Assembly (NCBI RefSeq): GCF_009914755.1
Contig: NC_060928.1
DNA: 64,000 bases
Reading direction: 5' to 3' (one strand)
From: the human T2T-CHM13v2.0 reference genome, Homo sapiens
Of the stretch, positions 57,647-64,000 are shown piece after piece (the stretch's first letter is position 1; every line of letters starts with the position of its first letter). The translations under genes and the position numbers were made by a program. A model generated the notes under the pieces. The model was not told the DNA's origin. It was given only the letters and a program-made list of their open reading frames with translations, and searched no databases.

Positions 57647-58260
57647 CATTAATAAAATTAGAAAGGAAAGAAGAGACATTACAATGGATGCCTCAGTAAT
57701 AAAAATTTTAAAAGATCACAAGGGACTATTATGAACAATTATATGCCAATATATTGTATAAGTGAAAATGGATACAACTGTGGAAATATACAACCTATCA
57801 AGGCTGAATCAAAAAGAAACAGAAATCCTGAACAGATTAATAACTAATAAGGAGATTGAAATAGTAATCAACGTCCTCTCAACAAATAGAAGCCAAGGAC
57901 CAGATAGCTTCATCACTGAATTCCACCAAACATTCAAAGAAAAATTAACACCAATTCTTTTCAAACTCTTCAAAAAATAGAAGTAAAAGGAATGTTTCTA
58001 ACTCGTTTCATGAGGCCAGCATCATCCTGATACCAAACCAAACAAAGATACCACAAGAAAAGTAGACTATAGACCAGTATCTTTGAAGAGCATAGATGTA
58101 AATCTCCTCAATAAAATATCAGCAAACTGAATTCAACAACATATCAAGAGCATTATACATTATGACAAAGGGGGGTTTATCCCCAGAATGCTAGGCTGGT
58201 TTAACATACACAAATCAATCACTGTCATATACCACAGTAACAGAATGAAGGATAAAAATC

Positions 58261-58720
58261 AACTCAAATGTCCAACAATGATAGACTGGATTAAGAAAAT
58301 GTGGCACATATACACCATGGAATACTATGCAGCCATAAAAAATGATGAGTTCATGTCCTTTGTAGGGACATGGATGAAGCTGGAAACCATCATTCTCAGC
58401 AAACTATCGCAAGGACAAAAAACAAAACACCGCATGTTTTCACTCATAGGTGGGAATTGAACAATGAGAACACATGGACACAGGAAGGGGAACATCATGC
58501 ACTGGGGCCTGTTGTGGGGTGGGGGGAGGGGGGAGGGATAGCATTAGGAGATATACCTAATGCTAAATGACAAGTTAATGGGTGCAGCACACCAACATGG
58601 CACATGTATACATATGTAACAAACCTGCATGTTGTGCACGTGTACCCTAAAACTTAAAGTATAATAAAAAATAAAAATAAAAAATAAAGCAGAGGGAATA
58701 AATGGAACCCCAAATAAAAA
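58261..58720 (+). mobile_element. L1PA (about L1PA4) 3' end with a short 3' transduction
   Basis: caaatgtccaacaatgatag...aacttaaagtataat, A tail, 23-nt extra segment, second A tail. TSD aaaaatca (58254-58261 / 58721-58728). Confidence 0.9.
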
Positions 58721-59237
58721 AAAAATCACAATCATCTCAATAGATGTGGAAAAATCATTTGGCAAATTCAACATCCTTTCATGATAAAAACTCTCAACAA
58801 AATAGGTATAGAAGGAAATTCCCTCACACAATAAAAGCTATTTATGAAAAGTCCACAGCTAACAGTATAATCAATGGGAAAAAATTGAAAGCATTTCCTC
58901 TAAGATCTGGCATAAAGCAAGGATCCCGACTGTCGCCACTTATATTCAACATAGTACTTGAAGTCTCCACCAGAGCAATCGGTTAAGAAAAAGAAATAAA
59001 AGACATCTGATTTAGATATCAGAAAAGAAGTAGTAAAACTATTCCTGTTCGCAGATAACATGATCCTATATGTAGAAAACCCTAAGAGCTCCAAAAAAAA
59101 TACTGTTAGAACTAGTAAAGTTGCAACTAGTAAAGTTGAAGTATACAAAATCAATATTCAAAAAAGTGAGGTTTAAATTTAACAACATTCTGCAGCTGGT
59201 AAAGTTGCAGTATACAAAATCAACATTTAAAAATATT

Positions 59238-59996
59238 ACATCACTGGTCATTAGAGAAATGCAAATAAAAATTGCAACGAGATACCATCTCACATCCAAT
59301 TAGAATGACTATATTAAAAAATCAAAAATAGCAGATGCTGGTAAGGTTGTAGAGAAAAGGGAATGCTTATACACTGTTGGTGGGAATGTAAATTAGTTCA
59401 ATCATTGTGGAAAGCAGTGTAATGATTCTCCAAAGAACTAAAAACAGAAATACCATTCAACCCAGCAATCTCATTACTGGGTATATACCCAAATGAATAT
59501 AAATCATTCTATCATAAAGACACATGCACGTGTATGTTCATTGCAGCTCTATTCACAACAGCAAAGACATAGAATCAACATAAATGCCTATCAATGTTAG
59601 ACTGGATAAAGAAAATGTGGTACATATACACCATGGAATACTATGCAGCCATAAAAAAGAGTGAGATTATATCCTTTGCAGGGACATAGATGAAGCTGGA
59701 GGCTATTATCTATAGCAAACTAATGCAGGAACAGAAAGACAAATACAGAATATTCTCACTTACAAGTGGAAGCTAAATGATGAGAACACACGGCCACATT
59801 GAAGGGAATAACACACACTGGGACCTACCTTATGGTGGAGGGTGGGAGGAGGGAGAAGATTAATAAATAAATAAATAATGGATACTAGGCTTAATACTTG
59901 GGTGATGAAATAATCTGTACAAAAAACTCCCATCACACAAACTCACCTATGTAACAGACCTACACATGTACCTGTGAACAAAATAAAAATTAAAAA
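59238..59996 (+). mobile_element. L1PA13-16/L1PB-like 3' end
   Basis: catcactggtcattagagaaatgcaaat...ggatactaggcttaatacttgggtgatgaaataatctgtac...aaataaaaatt. Confidence 0.88.
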
Positions 59997-59998
59997 TT

Positions 59999-60319
<321 letters not shown>

Positions 60320-60399
60320 TTACACTAATAACTATCTAAAAAGAAAATTAAGAAAATAAATCCATTTACAATAATAGCATAGAAAAAAATAAAATACTT

Positions 60400-60500
60400 T
60401 TAATATCTTACAGATATAAAAGCTAAAACTCATAGATTAGAAAATTTGCCCCAAATCACAAAATTAGTAAAATGACAAAGTCATAAGTTTGCATCGGAAT
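60400..60500 (-). mobile_element. MIR, right half
   Basis: ttacagatataaaagctaaaactcatagattagaaaatttgccccaaatcacaaaattagtaa resembles the MIR core. Confidence 0.55.
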
Positions 60501-61859
60501 GCAATATTACAGTCTTCAAACAATCTTACTTTTTTCGTGATCGTACTTACCTGGGCCCACTGAAGTTCTCACAACTAACTCAGTATCATGCATTCCATCT
60601 CTTAATATCCAACCATGTTACAAAGCTAGTTTAACTTTGAAGGTATCAAAATCAAATAATTACAGAAGAAAAGTTTGCACTCTGCTTTGGTCATATAATC
60701 TCTTTTAAGCAAAAATTTCCAAAGATTTACCATTGCCTTTCAGAAAGATTTCCATCCAAAGCAAAAACCCTGGCATTCAAGGCCTTGTTGTATGTAATCT
60801 GTTCCACTTCCACTGTAAAGCCTATCTTTACAAAGCCCGTTTTGAGCCATCTTCCTCCTTAGGTAAAATCATTTATCAGGAGTGTCTCATTTACCATATA
60901 CTACCCAATAAAAACAAATCTCCAATATATGAACATTTGAATTACTGATGGCAATACAGAGGAACAATTTTATTTAATAATGTTACAAAAAAAATGCAGT
61001 AATACATGTGAGGTGCTTAGAAGAAGACCAGGCAAAAAGCGATAGGCCAATTTTATTGTCATTTAAAAACTGGAACTACAGAATGAATTGTTTCCTTTAT
61101 ATTTTGGACTTGCTGCTCTCACTCATTCTCTGGGCTTCTTCCTATTCTGCAATGTTTGGAAAACATTTCCATTTTGGTTGAGAAGTAATTTGGACATTTT
61201 TCTCTAGCCTGTCTGAACTGATAACCTCCAGCTGTGTTGCTAAGCAGAGTCTGTGGATGCTCATGAAGTTATCTATAAAAGAGAGCAATTCACCATCAAA
61301 TGAATTTGTACTTCCTTAGACGTTCAAGTCTTTTTCTCTTTTTGCTTCTCTGCGCCATCTCTTGGGTTTCTCTTTACACTAGAGTTTACTTTTTCATGAA
61401 CACAGACACAAAATACAGTTAATAGATTTATTTTGATAGAGAAAAAATATTTTTTCCAACTGAATGTTCAAAAAATAAATTTTGAGAAAAACGGTTTCAT
61501 ACAAAACATGGATATACACTAAAAGGTTAAGAATAGTAATCTCTTGGTGATAGAAACATGATATTTTAATTTTGCTTATCTGTACTTTCTAACTTTCTAC
61601 AATGCAGATATATGGCTTTTACAAAAATTAAAAAAAAAAAAACCACAACTCTGGATCAGCTCAAAATTATGGCAGTTGTACTGTTATTATCTTATTCAAA
61701 TAAAAATTTTATATACTTTGAAATTGATCTAAGAGAAAGAAACCTAAAAGTTCTTTAGTCTGGATGCAGAATACAACAAAACTGAATTCCCAATAAAGTC
61801 TAATTATTTTTCTCTTAAATTATTAAATATATATGCTAGCCATGAAAAATAGCAAGTAC

Positions 61860-63570
61860 TTTTGTCATTTTAGACTTATTTTAATTTTAGTCCTATGGGT
61901 AGAGTCAATGCTCACTTTCAGTTCTATTTATTGGAGGTTCTCTATTCATCTCTTTCCGTTGCTGTTTGTTCTCTAACATCATCTTTCAGAAGGGCTTAGG
62001 GGGAAATGTATTCTTTGACTTTTTAGAAGTGCAAATTTTTCCCATATTTTTATATTTGAGGCTTATTTGGTTGGGGATTAAATCCTTGGGTTACTGTGAA
62101 ATAGTAAGACATATATGTAACTGCCCCCAGCCCCTGGCCCAGAGCTCCTAAAATCCTTGCATTTTCCTGAGTGATAGGGGTGCTAGGAGAATCTTTTGTT
62201 CAATATTTGATCTTTGACTCTGGTTCCTGACAATGAGCTCCTAAATCCCTTGAAATTTACTGGGTAATAAGAGCATATTTTGTTCTAATGAGGTGACTTT
62301 TGCTGGGCTCCTAAAGGGGGCTGGTCACCAGGATGACCAAGCCATGATTGGAAGCTTGGAGCTTTCAGTCTCACCCCTCATTCTCTAGAGCAGACAGAGG
62401 GACTGAAAATGGAGTTAATAAACCTCCATAAAAGTCCTTAAACTATAAGGTTGGGAGAGCTTCTGGACTGGTGAATGCATCATGTGCTGGAAGGGTGGCA
62501 CAACCACGTAAATGGGCACAGAAGCTCCTGTGTTCAGTCCTTCCAGAGCTTGCCTTGTGCCTCTCTTTATCTGTATTCTTTATTATATCCTTTATTGATA
62601 AACTGGTAAATGTAAGCAAAGTGTTTCCCTGAGTTCTGTGAGCAGTCCTAGCCAATTATTCAAACTGAGTTGAAGGTCATGAGAACCCTGATTTATAAAT
62701 GGTAGGTCAGAAATATAGGTCACAGCCTGGAACTTGTGATTAGAATTTGAAGTAGGGGACAGTCTTCTGTGACTGAACCCCCTTAACCTGTGGGATCTGG
62801 GGCTACCTCCAGGCAGACAGTGTCAGAATTGAATTGAATTGAATTAGAAGACAACCTAGCTGGTGTCCACTGGAGAGTTGCTTGGTTTGTGGGGAAAATC
62901 CCACACACATCAGGTGTCAGAAGTGTTGTGTTGAGTGGTGAGTGAAAGTGGGAAAATAACTTTTCCCCCCGTATCTCAGAGTTATGTTTTCTTTCCTGAA
63001 GATTTTTCATGTATTTCCCATTTATGTATTCATGTTAAATGTTGCTGAGGAGAAATCCAAGTTGAACCTGATTTTTTTTCCCCTTACAGATGGCTTGTTC
63101 TTCTCTGCCTCAATGCCTAAAGGATTATTTATCTGAAGTCCTTTCATTTTACTTGGATATGTGTGGTTTTCAAACTTTGTGTGTTAAATTTTCCTACAAC
63201 AGTGTGTTCTTTCACTCTTCAAATCTTTTCATCTTCTTTGATTTATTCTTTGTTTTTTGACTTACATATTTAAAAAAATCTTAATTTGTTTCTCATAATT
63301 AGAGATACCAAACACCTATGATAGAGCTCCTTTGTCTTTAGTATCAGTCATTTTCTCTCTTTTGTTTTTTAAAAGTTTTTTCACTTTTCTCATTTCTATC
63401 TCATGTGTCCCTTCCTTTGTTTCCAACAGTCTTACTTTCTTGAGTTCATTTCCATCTTTTTCTGGTATCTGACCAACTTTTCTAAACTCTTGTATATTTG
63501 CTTTGAATATCTATTTATTAATGCCATCAAGTCCTGGCAATGAATTTTTATCTTATAAATGTCTTCATTG
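61860..63570 (-). mobile_element. Very old L1M remnant flanking MER21
   Basis: T-rich antisense L1-like motifs (aaatccttggg, gttgctgaggagaaatc, ttggatatgtgtgg); weak. Confidence 0.45.
62095..62978 (+). mobile_element. MER21-type LTR
   Basis: tgtgaaatagtaag...cagagctcctaaaatcctt...tgttctaatgaggtgact...gtttccctgagttctgtgagc...ttaacctgtgggatctg...ggtgtcagaagtg. Confidence 0.88.
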
Positions 63571-63574
63571 CTTC

Positions 63575-64000
63575 TTTCTTTTTTATTATACTTTAAGTTT
63601 TAGGGTACATGGGCACAACGTGCAGGTTAGTTACATATGTATACATGTGCCATGTTGGTGTGCTGCACCCAGTAATTCGTCATTTAACATTAGGTATATC
63701 TCCAAATGCTCTCCCGCCCCCCTCCCCCAACCCCACAACAGGCCCCGGTGTATGATGTTCCGCTTCCTGTGTCCATGTGTTCTCATTGTTCAATTCCCAT
63801 CTATGAGTGAGAACATGCGGTGTTTGGTTTTTTGTCCTTGTGATAGTTTGCTGAGAATGATGGCTTCCAGCTTCATCCATGTCCCTACAAAGGACATGAA
63901 CTCATCATTTTTTATGGCTGCATAGTATTCCATGGTGTATATGTGCCACATTTTCTTAGTCCAGTCTATCATTGATGGACATTTGGGTTGGTTCCAAGAC
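63575..64000 (-). mobile_element. L1PA (about L1PA3-4) 3' end, runs off the window edge
   Basis: ttttattatactttaagttttagggtacat...ggttagttacatatg...catttgggttggttccaag. Confidence 0.95.

Overview
AT-rich, CpG-depleted primate (human or great-ape) genomic DNA, intronic or intergenic. I can support no host protein-coding exon; the long or recognisable ORFs come from LINE-1, Alu, LTR or microsatellite sequence. The largest feature is a full-length (~6.08 kb), TSD-flanked L1PA2-type LINE-1 at 35189-41265 (+). It is disabled by two CGA>TGA stops in ORF1 and frameshifts in ORF2, but keeps a 730-aa endonuclease/partial-RT frame. The window also holds about 11 Alu/FLAM elements, solo LTRs (THE1, MER31, MER4, MLT1, MST, MER21 and another ERV1-type), MITE-like DNA transposons, old L1M, L2, CR1 and MIR fragments, a tailless 5S rRNA retropseudogene and a U6 retrocopy. 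The most notable structures are: a 90-bp non-repeat dispersed duplication (20155-20244 and 24325-24414) with fold-back junctions; a twin-primed L1 whose tail has become a (TA/CA)n tract; an L1 with a short 3' transduction; a multi-layer nested insertion cluster at 55.2-60.5 kb; and a convergent pair of CTCF-like motifs around the full-length L1. Repeat subfamily names come from recalled consensus sequences and need RepeatMasker/Dfam confirmation. I found no convincing new gene-encoded system.
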